From contig CM082594.2 in NCBI GenBank assembly GCA_040954595.2, positions 5,751,319 through 5,815,318 of the forward strand: 64,000 nucleotides of DNA, written 5' to 3'. The notes under the pieces were generated by a model. It did not search any database. It saw only the letters and a list, made by a program, of their open reading frames with translations, and was not told where the DNA came from. Of the stretch, positions 49,701 to 63,000 are shown one piece after another. Source of the DNA: Balanoglossus misakiensis. Its lineage: Eukaryota > Animalia > Hemichordata. A program made the translations under genes and the position numbers. The stretch's first letter is position 1. Each line of letters begins with the position of its first letter.

Positions 49701-52700
49701 CAATCGATCAGTAAATGCTGCAGTCCAGTAAAATGATTATGATTTCTATCAGTCAGACACGTGATTGTACGTATGGACCCTTTGGTATTGCTTCTGCAAC
49801 TGTAAACTAGAGACAGCTAAAACATGTTTGCAATATACCCCGGTACTTACTTCAAACCACTGAGCACAATATCAGGGGCTGGGTCCGCCTTGCTGTTGCC
49901 GACCTTGTATGTGCCTGGTTTTAGAACGTGCGTGATCATCCCGGACAGCTGAGGATCGACGTTGAGGTTGTACAGATGGGGGGTGGTTTTCTTTTCGCTC
50001 TTCTTGGTCGACTCGGCCTGGTCTTGCTGTGCTGCTGCTTGCTGTGAGAGAACAAAGGAGAAACCAGACTGGGTGAGATTTTGATATGGTACATGTACTT
50101 TACATTATATTGTATTGTATTGTATTGCACTGTACTGTACTGTGTTGTGCTGTGATGTGTTGTAATTATGTATTATATTTTATTATAATGAACTGTACTG
50201 GTCTGTTTGTAAAATAATGCACAGTACTGTGTTGTGTTGTGTTATAATGTACCGGTATTGTAATGTATCCTATTGTATCGTTCTGTATCAAGTAAAACAG
50301 TATTTATTTCTTAATTCAAAACAGGTTATCTAATCCACTTATCCCAAGCTAGCCATACCAAGTAAGTAAATACCCTACCTGAGCTTCTCGTAGTTTCTCT
50401 TCCCAGGATTGTTTCATTAACTCCATCTCTTTCTGGTTTTCCTCCAATGTCGCCTGCATTTCTGCTTCTAGTTCTTTCCTCAGCGCTTCTTTCTCTGTTA
50501 AGTGGAGGTGAAGGGGGATGAGTGGAATGGTACATTTTTTTCTAGTGCCAGGTTACGTAACTTCTGTTGTTTTTAATAACACACAATCTGAGAAGAACAG
50601 CCACGCGAACTACTATTGAATCTTCAACTCTACCTTCTTCTGACATCTGAGCCTGATCATCATCGTCACCGGCCAGATCGTCGAGCGAAACTTTGCCGCC
50701 AGCTGCCATCAACTTCTTCAGCTTCTCGTTCTCCTCCTGCAGTTCTCGGATTAATTTTTCTGTCGGGTCCTCATTAACCACGGCGGAGGTTTTGATCTGT
50801 TTGGCTCGGTCGGCTGTGTAACGAAAATGGGAGACAGAAAATAATAATTAAATCAGGTAATTATATTCTCAAATGCACACTGATATTCTCCAGTATCAAT
50901 GTCATAAATTGCCTAAGAAATCGTAAGACAGGAAGACTCTCACCGTATCTGAGCGTTGAAAGCGTTTCATCAAAGTTGATGTCAGCCGGACTCAGAGCGG
51001 CTATCATGATGGTTTTACTGTTGCCGCCGAGGGCGTTCTTCAACAGTTTCGTCAATACTGAATCACGGAAAGGCACTGCAATGAACAAAGAGATGCAGAG
51101 AGAGAGAGTAAGTCAGAGAGCTGTATGTAGGCCACGTGTTGGTCCCCACATCTTGCAGCACCTATTTAAATGTACATCAACAGAGGTTGGTAATATGTTA
51201 GTGTATACATACAATGTACCCATCGGTAAGCTCATTAAAATAGGCCATCACTGGGAACTACAAGAAGCACAGAGAAGTGGTACATATTACTTACCCCTGA
51301 CATTTTTCCCCTGAGATTTATCGGCCAACGCCGCTATACAGTTGCCAAGCGTTGACAGAGACTGGTTGATGGCTGCTCCTTCTTTCAGTCGGTCCCCGGT
51401 GGCGCCTGTACTCTCGGCTCGTTCGCTGCCGGCCAAATCCACCAGGTTGATGATGGACGTCTTGGCAGTTTCCGCGCCTGCCTCGTTTTTGAATTTCTGT
51501 GTGAATGTTATGCCTACAATGGTGTGGGCGCGACTGTGATACAGATACAAAAATATATTTTATATTATAACACTGGATGGATAGAAATGATGTGTTTTGT
51601 AACAAAATAGATAAATATCAGTGCAGTGAACAATTTGAATTCCTTTTGCAGTACTCGGCAATTCTTTGAGGCAGAATTTTCTGCTTGTAAAACAACCATT
51701 TTCAGCTATACTATTTCTGGTTTTTAAAGGGACAAACATCTTGACCCTCTTCCCCTCATTTGCATGTGTGATTAGCATACCTGCTTGTGGCGTTCATATT
51801 GGTAGCTGCAACAGTTCGGTTTCTGGTTCCTTCGTCCATTCGGTTCTCGATGTCTTTGTAGCTGTTCACTGGCACTGTCTGCAGACTCTCGACTGAAATG
51901 AGCAATACACAAATTCTGGGATATCAAATAAAGTGAAATGACAATATGTGTGCTGTAGTCTGTTATACAGCTTGGACCCTTATAGTTACATGTACATGCA
52001 CATATAATTATACTTGGAAATGTGGTTTAATAAATAGTTCAGATTTCTTTAGGACTGTTAATCATACCCTTAGATATTCACCCTTTTGAAAAGCTTCATG
52101 ATGTGGTTTTCTGACACAAAGATACTGAAAATGTGTCCAGACAATACTCACCGTAAAAACCCTTTTTCGGATGTTGACGCACTTTCAACCCTCCCTTCTT
52201 GTTGGACGCCGGGTTGAGTAAATCTCTGACCTGCTCGTTGTAGATTTCCAGCATGCTGTAGTTGACTTCGAACTCTGTCTGTGTGCCCTCTGCTTTCTTC
52301 TTGTCGATTCCGACGAAGATCTCTTCGCAGAAGATCGGCACAACGCCTAGAAATATAATATACAACAATCAAATGAGAGATGTGCCTGATTGTGGTGTTT
52401 TTCCTTAGGTAACAATAATTGATATATTTTTGAGCCAGTGCCTGTTTTACCAGCAGAAATGACGGACAAAGTAAATCTGAGCATTTCAAACATCTGGATC
52501 ACTTCCTTGAGACTCAGCCATCAGAAATTTAAGCATATGCTTTTCCTCACCTTTGTTGGCACCATAACCAACGATAGAGTAGGATTTTCCGGACCCAGTC
52601 TGCCCATAGGCGAACAAGGAACAGTTGTACCCAGTCCAGGCATTATGCAGAATACCTTTCCCGAGATCGCTGAATACTTTTTTCTGTTAAAAAAAATGAA

Positions 52701-55700
52701 AATCCTCAATTTTAAAATCATTGTACATGGCCATGCAGGGTATTCTGTCTTTAATTTATTCTGATTTCACAATTAACTTTTCAAGTGCCAGATCTAGCTT
52801 TCCATACTATTTTATTCACATACACATGTACATTCCAAAATTCCATCAAACACAAGATTCTATCTGGCCCCAACATCGATGTGAAAGCCAAGACGATAAA
52901 TACATTCACACCGCAGATATACATGAATTGCACATTGCTTTCTCTATAATCCCACCATACACCTGGTATCATCCTGCTTTCATGACCCTCTCCTCCCTCA
53001 CCACTAAATGGTTGAGTCCTCACCTGATCGGCGTATTTGGGAGACGTCGCTTCCAGGTAGCCATTGGCACCTTCTTTGTAGCTGTCATGTGACCAATAAC
53101 TGAAGTCGAATGTGAATTTTTTGGGTTCTTCGTTGGGCTGCTGCGGGTCCTTGATGGTCGTGGTGCCCCCACTCATTCCGATGATCAGTTTGGCATTTCG
53201 AGCTTTCTCCCGAGAATTGTGTGAACGGTTAAGGAAATGTTACATACACCGGATCAAGAAATTTGGCACTATCAAATTTTACCTGTTTCTGTTTTTCATG
53301 TTCGCAAAATTGGGTTATTTCCTGAGTGCTTGACCTGTTATACGTGAGATCAGAGTGTATATGGACGGTCACGACCGAGAAATTTTGCTTTGGAGAACAA
53401 GTCAAGTGCAATATCTAGGGTAAATAGCACTTAGTCAGATCATGTGTGGCCTCCCTGTAGTATACACTTGCACACAGTACACGCAGATCAGATGACTTTG
53501 AGTTCACTGTGGCTTGCATTGCCCGCTCAGCTAATTCATTGTATTGGCATATAAACAGTAATCATCAGGAGAGGAACACACATTATCTATCAATGTCACA
53601 AAGTTTGCACATAAATGATTAGAAAAATAGCAATCGTTTGACCCCCCCTCTTCGAGTTTAACAAATTTTACAAACATGTGGAGTGTCACTTAATAAGAAA
53701 CTGAGTGCCAGTTTATATTATCCTGTACAATTACTGGCACCCATTAATTTTATTTCTCAACATTTCGTGGTAACCCAGATATACTGAAGAAGACATTTAC
53801 ATCGCTGAGTTGCCATGGCAATCAACACGTTTCCACTGACAAATCAGCTTTAGCTCCTAATGGGTACAAATTAGTGTACATGTGCAGGTGTCAAGCTGGA
53901 GGCTTAACGGGGATTAAACAGATTTGGAATGAAAAACAGGATGTGAAAGATGACGATTGAATGCTTTCTGGAGAAGTGATTGCACTAGTGACTGCGGAAA
54001 TATTAAATTTAACCCTTTCACCACCATGGTTTGGTCCAATTCCATTATTTACTATATGGTAAAGTGGGACCTCTAGACAGGTAAATGGGGGTGAAAAGGT
54101 TACGAGCGAAAATTCAAACAATGATACATAACGCATTGTACCCTTTGATGCGTTTAAAGGTGAAAGTGCATTGAAGTGTATTTTGAAAATTCTGCTGAAC
54201 ATAAATTGTACCTGTAATAAACAACCTTACATTTTATGCTTAATGCATTTATTGCGTATATTAATGTTGTCTAACCAGAAAACAAACAAAACGGGTCCAC
54301 TGTACTTGTACAGCTTGAGATAGAGTTCTTAGTTTATCAGAATATAAGTAATGCTATTATGAATAAATCATTTTTAAAGGGCACAATAATACTTTCAAAT
54401 TCATCAGCTATTCAGCCTTAAAATCAAAGCTGCAGGGTTAAACAGTCATCCCTAATCATTTATTAATATCTTGAATTACCAAAATGCTCAAGAAATGAAC
54501 ATTTGAAAAATTTATCAAGGAAATGGTGCCATTTGTGTGATGGCCATATTGTTAATCTGAAATTTGTTGACAGTTAAATTTTTTTATGATCCTGATAGTG
54601 TGACATTTAATCATAACACCATAGATTTTACCTTTTACCTGTATATATATATGTATGATAACATATATGACTGACTGACAGATTTCCTTTCATGATTAAT
54701 TAAAGTGTCAATCACTTTGCTAATAGGAAAATTGAAGTTAACAAGATTTTTCCCCTTCTGTACCACCATGAGATATTAATGTAACCTAAAAACTGATAAT
54801 TATAAAGTTGGAAGGAAAACAAGCATAGTAAAAATATATATTCAGTGTCATGATCAACGAACATTATTTTTATTTAGTGAATCAGTGTTTGATTTTAAAA
54901 ATAACCATTTTGAAGAGTAACAGATTCATTTTATTTCGGCATAGCTTTCGTGGAAGAGATTTTAACACTGAAATTTATCTCTGTTTTTTCCTGTTGTACT
55001 TGTATGGAAGTTAAGAAGGTCAGTGAGAAGAATTACCATGGCAACCGTGCAACTACGCTGTTATCATCCCACTTTATATAATGCGTCTCACAATGAGATG
55101 ATTTCAGCGCAATATCTGCCCTGAGGCAACAAGTGTGTGAATAACATCACCCGAACGCGCTTGCAGTTTGCAACCACCACCATAGTCACTTATGGCAAAC
55201 GTGATGAGGATAGGGACACACACACAGTGATACACAGTGGTGCTCATACACATGCAGAAAATTGTACAGGTTTCTGCACTTAATTAATATACAAAAAAAA
55301 CTTTTACATAATGCTGAACACCTGCATTTTGGATCACCTTGATCAAAAGTGTATTGAAGGATAACGATGGAAATTTGGAACAGGATTTTACATTATTTAA
55401 TTTTGATGAATGAATATTGTATAAATTTCTATCACGTGACATACATTTTGTATTAAATTTTATCTCTATCACATGACTTACAAATTTATTCACTAAAATA
55501 AAAATAAAAATTCTCCAAAACACTTTTGATCCATACATATAATTCTATCAAATAATTGTCCATTACCATACCTTGATGTACATGTTGCCATGGTTATAGT
55601 GTTACCATTGGAATTATAGTAGTTGGGTGGTGATCACCTTTGTACAAGTAATTATGTGACAAACAATCTGTTAAGAACTCCCGTGGATTGGTGCCGTTCT

Positions 55701-56058
55701 ATTCTGTCAAGTTGACAGGTTTATGGCTCACTGCCGGGGAACACTAACACAGGTTTGACATCGCGTAATACCAAGGGCAACCATCGGGGGTCACCGAGCG
55801 CGCTCGCCGTAACGTGTTCATTTCACGATCGCGGCCGTGGACGCGATCGCTGACCGCCGCCCGGTCGGGGATTCCGGACTAGCAATGACTTCAGTGATCA
55901 TGGTGTCGATATGTGCCATTCGATTAAGTGCTTCCACTATATAATGATTAGCCATCTAGAAGATCGTCCATATCACTGAAAATCATGAAGACCATTCATG
56001 TTTACAAAAAGGATATAAATGGGCGAACCCGTACCGCAACTTTCACCGACTCCGCCAT
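43773..56058 (-). CDS. KIF28: Kinesin-3 motor, KIF28/KLP-6-like, ~1147 aa, 22 exons: 56017-56058, 53024-53218, 52551-52683, 52152-52346, 51781-51892, 51295-51533, 50944-51075, 50634-50813, 50379-50494, 49851-50041, 49482-49613, 49141-49298, 48801-48949, 47549-47683, 47295-47378, 46757-46966, 46110-46391, 45764-45844, 45272-45425, 44557-44865, 44243-44413, 43773-43816
   Basis: Motifs [63 protein letters not shown] neck, FHA domain (HLYNLN..DP..SG) and [11 protein letters not shown]. Exon phases are consistent throughout. Confidence 0.9.
46422..46508. mobile_element. ~90-bp MITE, piggyBac-like ends, copy 1
   Basis: ccctttcgccaccatggtttggccc...ggacctcta...gggggtg is homologous to 54009-54102. 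Confidence 0.55.
48224..48317. mobile_element. ~90-bp MITE, copy 2
   Basis: ttaacgctttcacc ... ggtgaaagcgtt inverted termini. Confidence 0.55.
50105..50290. repeat. Degenerate (TGTAT/TGTAC)n pentanucleotide repeat in an intron
   Basis: Directly visible. Confidence 0.8.
53219..56016 (-). other. U12-type (minor spliceosome) AT-AC intron
   Basis: 5' site ATATCCTTT, branch point TTCCTTAAC (53228-53236), 3' end CAC. Joins RVRPF to NSREK in frame. Confidence 0.93.
54009..54102. mobile_element. ~90-bp MITE, copy 3
   Basis: ttaaccctttcacc ... ggtgaaaaggtta; TTAA followed by CCCT resembles a piggyBac end. Confidence 0.6.
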
Positions 56059-56099
56059 ATTTCTTCTTTCCAGGAGACGAGACGCTGATTCTGAATTCC

Positions 56100-57060
56100 G
56101 AAATCCAACTTTGGGAGCAGAAATTACGTATTCACGCCAGGGTACAATAGGCGTTCCAAATTTAGGGTCCGATGATGAAAATCAATGGGACAAAATTTAC
56201 TCGCACAGGTCATTTGCATGTGTTTGCCTTGGTGTTTACAGACGTCGCTATAGAAACTTTTATTACGTAGCTGAGGAGTCAATAAATCGAGGTGATCCCC
56301 CTAGCTACTGCAAAGGAAACATAAACACTATGACGTCACAGGACCGCTAAGCTCCAGGTACGACGTCACCGCGCCACTGTCTTTAACAATACAGGCTGTA
56401 CTATATTATACCATGGAGGTACTAGAGAGATTATACCATGTAAAAATAGGACCAAGGTGACCTTGTAATGACACTGCGATGATGTCAAATCACGCGCTCG
56501 CACACACCTACGTCATGCGTATATCTATTATGCCCGATTTGCACTGGTTTACGTCATCCATTCACCTTTTGGTCCACGAAACTACATCATGATGTAATTG
56601 TGGTCTCTCTTCACCTATAAATATATTTTGTTAGTGCGAAGATTTTATTATATCCATCAAACCCATTTTGTTTCTACCCAAAATATTCAGTAAATTGACT
56701 TGAAAATTAAGTTCATGCCCATACATGTGTACTTACTTTAATTTTACATGTAAATTGCAGTACAAACACGCACAGAAAAGTTATATGAGAGTCAAAACTG
56801 TCGCAATATTCACAAAAGAAAATACTTTTGGAGAATTAACTCTCCTTCACAACCGTTTCAAGCTTTACGAAATTGTCTCAAAATTTCCACGCACAACATA
56901 CAAGTATGCATTGCATGTTGGGAGTGATTACTTTGTTTTTATCTGGTAGGATGGATAGAGGGCGGTGTTCCAGAGTTGAAAGGTCAACTCGTGTCATCAT
57001 CTCTACCGGGTCTTGCATGTGCCCGTCTGCTCCGTGGCTGGAGAGTTAATATTCACCATT
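56100..57060. promoter_or_regulatory. Divergent promoter region between KIF28 and DARS1
   Basis: Head-to-head ATGs at 56058 and 57096. Full CRE TGACGTCA at 56331 and ACGTCA half-sites at ~56363, ~56510 and ~56551. Confidence 0.65.
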
Positions 57061-57095
57061 TGTCGACGATTTTCGGCCACAGAACCACTGATAAC

Positions 57096-60000
57096 ATGAC
57101 GAACGAAGGTGAACAGGCAGATGTCCCTTTAGGGTAAGTTACTGAAAACTAGAAGACGTGGCACTTGATCGGAAATCGTGATGGGTTTTGCAATATTGTC
57201 CATCCAGGATCCAGTCTGCTCACAGACACAGTCCCTACACACACTCCCTCCACACAATACAGTCCCATCTGTCTGAATTGTGTCCTTGGACAGCGGAAAA
57301 AGACTCTCTATGAGCGATCCTCACTGCAGTCATTGCGACTAGGTTTCATGTCAGGCACCAGTTTTCCCTTTCTAGTTAAAATGGGCCCACGCATGACCAC
57401 GCCCCCTCGCTCTTTGATCTATAGAAAGTGTTTATGGCGGGTCCAGACCAATTCTCCCCTGTCCACAGGAATTTTAATATAGGCTAATTTTCATAACAAT
57501 GCACTCCTTAATTGTTTTCTAAAATTAAATGGTAGGGACCGTACATACTAGATACAAGTACCACTGGGAGAATATTTCATCATCCTGATCCAGTTCGGTC
57601 ACACATAATGTATACATTTTGGTACAATGCCAGAAAAGGTGACAATAGAATCTGTTTATGTCATCGCCATACAACTTAAAGACAGACATGGGTGCAAGGT
57701 GGGGGTGGTGGTGGTGTTACAATAACCAAAGCCACAAAAACTAGTACATCCTCAGCTGATTGATTATTGAAATACAATAGGAATTCATCAGTCTCTTTAT
57801 AGTAGTAATGGTGTTTTCTATAGAAAGTGCACTGGAGTGACATGGTTAAAGGCCTTGATTGGTTATTACATGAAATTTCTAATTCCAGACCTGATGGAAA
57901 GCCCTTATCCAAGAAGGCTCTGAAGAAACTACAGCGCGATGCAGAGAAGCAAGCAAAGAAGGCTGAGAGGGCAGCCAAAGTTGTAAGTACGAGGCTATAA
58001 TGGCATTGATAGGCTTTGGGTGAGCCCTTTAACCATTGAATTTGTTTCCATGATGCCGACACAGTGACGTCTGACGCGTGACCTTATTCTGACCTTCCTC
58101 GACACAGGCAGCAGAGGCTGATGTTGAAGAAGCTGAAGATTACGCACAAGACAGATATGGCGTGAGCAAGTTGATCCAGTCGCAGGAAAAGTTGGGTGAG
58201 TCGTTTGATCACCAAGCAAGGGGCTGGCCTGTCTTGTGAAATTAAACCTTTTACACTAGATAGTTGGTTTGTCCCCATTATCTTCAATGGGGTGGATTGA
58301 TCCACATGAAGGGAAAAGGGGGAGCATGGTGGGCACTTTAATACTGAAAGCAAACCATTCAGTAGGGACGGTTTCACAATGGAAACAATAAGTTTGAGCA
58401 AATTAATGTTAATTTAATGGCAAATTTTAATTTGTAGTATTAGAAAGTTTTTAAGATATTTCTGTTTGTTTCAGATCGTCAGATGCACAAAGTGAAGGAC
58501 TTGGACCATTCCAAAGCAAACCATACTGTGTGGATAAGAGCCAGAGTACATACCAGCAGAAGCAAAGGTAAGACTCAGACAGTAAAACCTGGCATCTGAT
58601 AAAAACCCATGAAATTTTAATTCTTTGTGTATTTTGCAGCCCGAACGCAGGTCAGCCATTTGACCGTTAATTGCCCAGTTTTTTAGTTCTGGTGACGCCC
58701 TCAACGTTCTGTCGTACACACAGCCAGAAGTGGCATGCGAAAGTCCCGCGCTTTTTTTAATGCCAAATTAACAAGCAGGGACGGCAGTTGAATGACTCAA
58801 ACTGATAACATGGCCAAAATTATATCTAAACTACATATCTGTATGTTTTTTGTTGGTAAAAAACATGTTTTCTTTGCAAAAATGAGGGAATTACGGAGTG
58901 ACCCCAGAACAACTAAAATCAAAACACGCCGCACTTCCGGGTTTTTACGAACTGCCGCACTTTTATATAAAAATGAATTTTTAAATTTAAACATCATTTT
59001 CAGTGAATTCGATATATCTTGTAATAAAATTAAAAAAATCATGATGCAACCCCCAGAGGTATTCGCTCAAGAGCTCCTTAAACTCAGCCCGTATTGTGAC
59101 GCAACAGCCTCAGAGTAGCTCATAGAATTGCCCGTACTTGGCCGAGTTGTATCGCCGAAGTGTTGCTCTGCAGAGTCTGCAATCATCAAATTTTCGTTGA
59201 AATTGGCTAGCATGATCGCTGTATTTCAGCGTATAAATCTTGTACTGCCTCCCCTTGCTCTCTCCCCGTTCTGAACAGTTTGTGGAGAGTGGAAGGCCAA
59301 AGTCACAGGGGGCCTAGTTGAGGATTTCATTCGTAGTCGTACGTAGTGCCTATATCGTGGACGCGGTCAGTCTATGTATCAGAATAGACAAATTACAAAA
59401 GCTTGTTCTCAATAAACATAACTTCAGTCATTTCTTTTCTTTTGACACTGTGCTCAAGTCTTCAAACTATGAATCACTGTGGCAATCAAGATGAACCGTG
59501 GACATACGTGCATGTACACAGTGCCCGAAGCTCTGCGTGGCAGCCGGGGCTTTCTGTGTACGTCTGCCGTGATAAGACACGCAGCCCAGCCAAGCAGAGC
59601 TAACAGTGCCCGTAGCACCCGGCCGTAGCATCGGCAATAATGCACTGAAAATTGACATTGCAAATCGTAGGAATATATCTGTAGGAACAGAGTCATACAC
59701 AGTTTTACAGTATTTTTTGTTTTGTTTATTATATCCAAGAAAGTGTGGCTCGTTCCATGGTCACTAGACAAAACAAATCGCGCAGTTCACTTCACATCGT
59801 GTACACTGGCTGCGCCTGCACGAAACGCGGAAGTCGAGCCGCGTCACGTTAAGTGCAAGGTTCACAAGAAAGCGCCGCACTTTTTTATAAAACGTCTGAA
59901 ACACTTCAAATTTTGCCTAGCGTTAGATTGATAAATAACCTAACTCGCGATGTAAAAACTGTCGGGCAACCTTAAATATTTCTTAAAAGACGGATAGGTG

Positions 60001-63000
60001 AACTTGAGAAATGTCACAATAACTCGCGTTCACCGGAAAATGAAGGGTTCACGAGAAAGTGCAGCACTTTTATATAAAACGTCCGAAACACTTCAAATTT
60101 CACACAGCTTTAGACTGATAAATTACCTAACTTGCGGTGTGAAGATTATTGTGCAACCTCCAATATTTCTTGAGATACGGGTCGGTAAACTTGAAAAACA
60201 TCGCAATACCTCCGTTTTTCATTCACGGTCGATCGTGGGAAAAAACGTCTTCAACCCAATCCCACCATGCTTAAGGCGCGATAATCTGCCAACATATCCG
60301 TACGATTCTAGTTTTATCGATACTGTTGTCATTTCAAGGTAAAGACTCTCCAATCGGACAAAATCGCCCGTGTTTTCTGAAGGTTAGCGCAACCACATAA
60401 ATAAGCTACCATTTTGAAAATAGTCACGTGACTTTTTCCAATAAACGCCCTCATCGTTGGGTGGTTGCGTTCGGGCTGTTTGTAGAATACTCATTTCTGT
60501 GCACCAATTCAATATTTTTATGTGTAATATGAAAGTGTTCTTGCATCATAGAGAATTCTTTCATCAGTGTTGAATCACCCTGACTGACACTGACAGTTAC
60601 ATTGCCTCACAGTGACACTTCCCAGCTTCTCTATAAACATTGTATTTATACAACTATCTTGTTTTTTTTACTAGGCAAGCAGTGCTTCCTGGTACTTAGG
60701 CAACAGCATTACAACGTACAAGGTCTAGTTGCCGTGGGAGACATAGCCAGCAAAGCCATGGTCAAATTCGCTGCCAAGTAAGTGCTACAACTTGTAAATT
60801 ATAAAGGATATGAAATTTCAGTCAGTCAACATTTGAGCTATATAGTATAAGATGGAGACCCACATTTTAAAGATATGTGGCAGTGCATAGATTCGCACTT
60901 TGTTATATACAGAAATGTGTTACCCTTAGTCAGTACATGTTTTACTAATGAGCGTATGTTTTACTGATGTACATACATTTACATTCTCATCTTTTATCTT
61001 TTATGTCTGTTGCTTAGCATTTCCAAAGAATCCATCATTGACGTGGAAGGTGTTGTCAGAGAAGCCAAGGTCGAAAGTTGCACACAAAAGGATGTAGAGC
61101 TGCACATCCAGAGGGTAGGTGATTGAATCTCCACGCTCTCACCCCCTTTCTGTAATCATTGGTTCCTCCCATAATTTTGGTATTTTATGTATTGTGCAAA
61201 TTTCAATATTTTCTTTCGGCTATTACAGATTTATGTGGTGAGTTCGTCTGTGCCCCAGCTGCCATTGCAATTGGACGACGCCGTTCGACCAATCACGGAG
61301 GAGGACGAAGAGGCAGGACCAACCGTGAAGCAGGATACCAGATTAGACAATCGAGTCATCGATTTGAGGGTCAGTGAAAAATATCTTTTCTGTCGCTTTT
61401 AACATTGAAACTGGTGTCTGTGGTAATTGCTTTTTCCCAATCAGACTCCAGTACCATGGAGACATTCTTCGTCTATCAGTAGATATATGCCATTTATTTC
61501 ACAAGTGATAACCTAGTTTTGCTCTTTTCCCCTAGACAACTACTAGCCAAGCTATATTTCGACTTGAAGCCCAGGTTTGCCAGCTGTTCCGGGAAACCCT
61601 TAATAGCAAAGGATTTGTTGAAATCCACACACCTAAGATGATTGGAGGTCAGTTTTTCACACCATTATGCAGGCCATTTCAATATTTGTTTTTTTTTGAC
61701 AATTTATTTAACTTGTTTACTTTTCTGTTCAGCTGCCAGTGAGGGTGGTGCTAATGTTTTTGAGATGGGTTACTTCAAGAGCAAGGCATACCTGGCCCAG
61801 TCTCCGCAGTTGTACAAGCAGATGGCGATCGCTTCAGACTTTGACCGCGTGTGGACTATTGGCTCAGGTGGGTCTCCACAATGTATTGTCAGACATCAGT
61901 GCTTGTCAGAACAGTAATCAATAATGAATAAGATTTTCAGTCAGAAACAAAACGTCTATTTTAGTGAGTTTAAGAGTAAGCCACCGTGGAACTGCTGAAA
62001 TAGGGTTTTTTCTTGTGTTTCAGTTTTCCGAGCCGAAGACTCAAACACACACCGGCATCTGACTGAGTTTATCGGTCTGGATTTGGAGATGGCTTTCAAC
62101 TATCACTACCACGAGGTAAGAAACAGCGCTTATTATTAAGAAATATTTCACACATGCATCTCAATGTATTGCACACTTTTGATATAGTGGGCTCTTATAC
62201 ACCAAGAATCTAAATTGTGTCTGCTTATGTGAGAGACAAGTATATAGTCAGGATTATAATGATAATCATGTACTTAAACACAGAGCCAACTTTTTTTTCA
62301 TGCTTTGCAGGTTATTGATGTCATCGGAGACATGTTTGTACAAATCTTCAGAGGCCTGCAAAAGAGATGCACCGAGGAGATTGGTGTTGTGGGCAAGCAG
62401 TATCCGTCTGAGCCATTTAAATTCCTGGATCCGTCACTGAGGCTGGAATATCACGAAGGCATCCATATGCTGCAGGAAGCTGGGTTTGAGATCGGAGCTG
62501 AAGATGATCTGAGGTGAGAACCGAGCCAGTTCAAATTAAAATGGACATTTCTTCAGAAAATGGATATTTCTTTCTTTGCTGTAGGGAATGATAAATGTTG
62601 GTTTAAATATTCCCTTTCAGTACCCCGGCCGAGAAGTTGCTTGGCAAGTTGGTGAAGGCCAAGTACGACACTGATTTCTTCATTCTGGACAAGTATCCAC
62701 TGGACGTGAGACCATTCTACACAATGCCTGATCCGTCAAACTCAGTGAGTGAGCAGTCTTTGTTTTTGAAACGGTTATTCTTGTCAACTTGGAAAAAGCA
62801 GATATAATTGCTTTATTTGAAGGGTTGCTGTTTTTATGTCTGAACAAACTAGATTTGGATTGAATTACTCAGGTAGGCATCAATGATGAAGGGCTAAATG
62901 GGGATATTTTTTGTTTCTGTAGAAATTGTCCAATTCGTATGATATGTTCATGCGCGGTGAAGAGATCCTGTCGGGAGCTCAGCGAATCCACGATCCAGAG

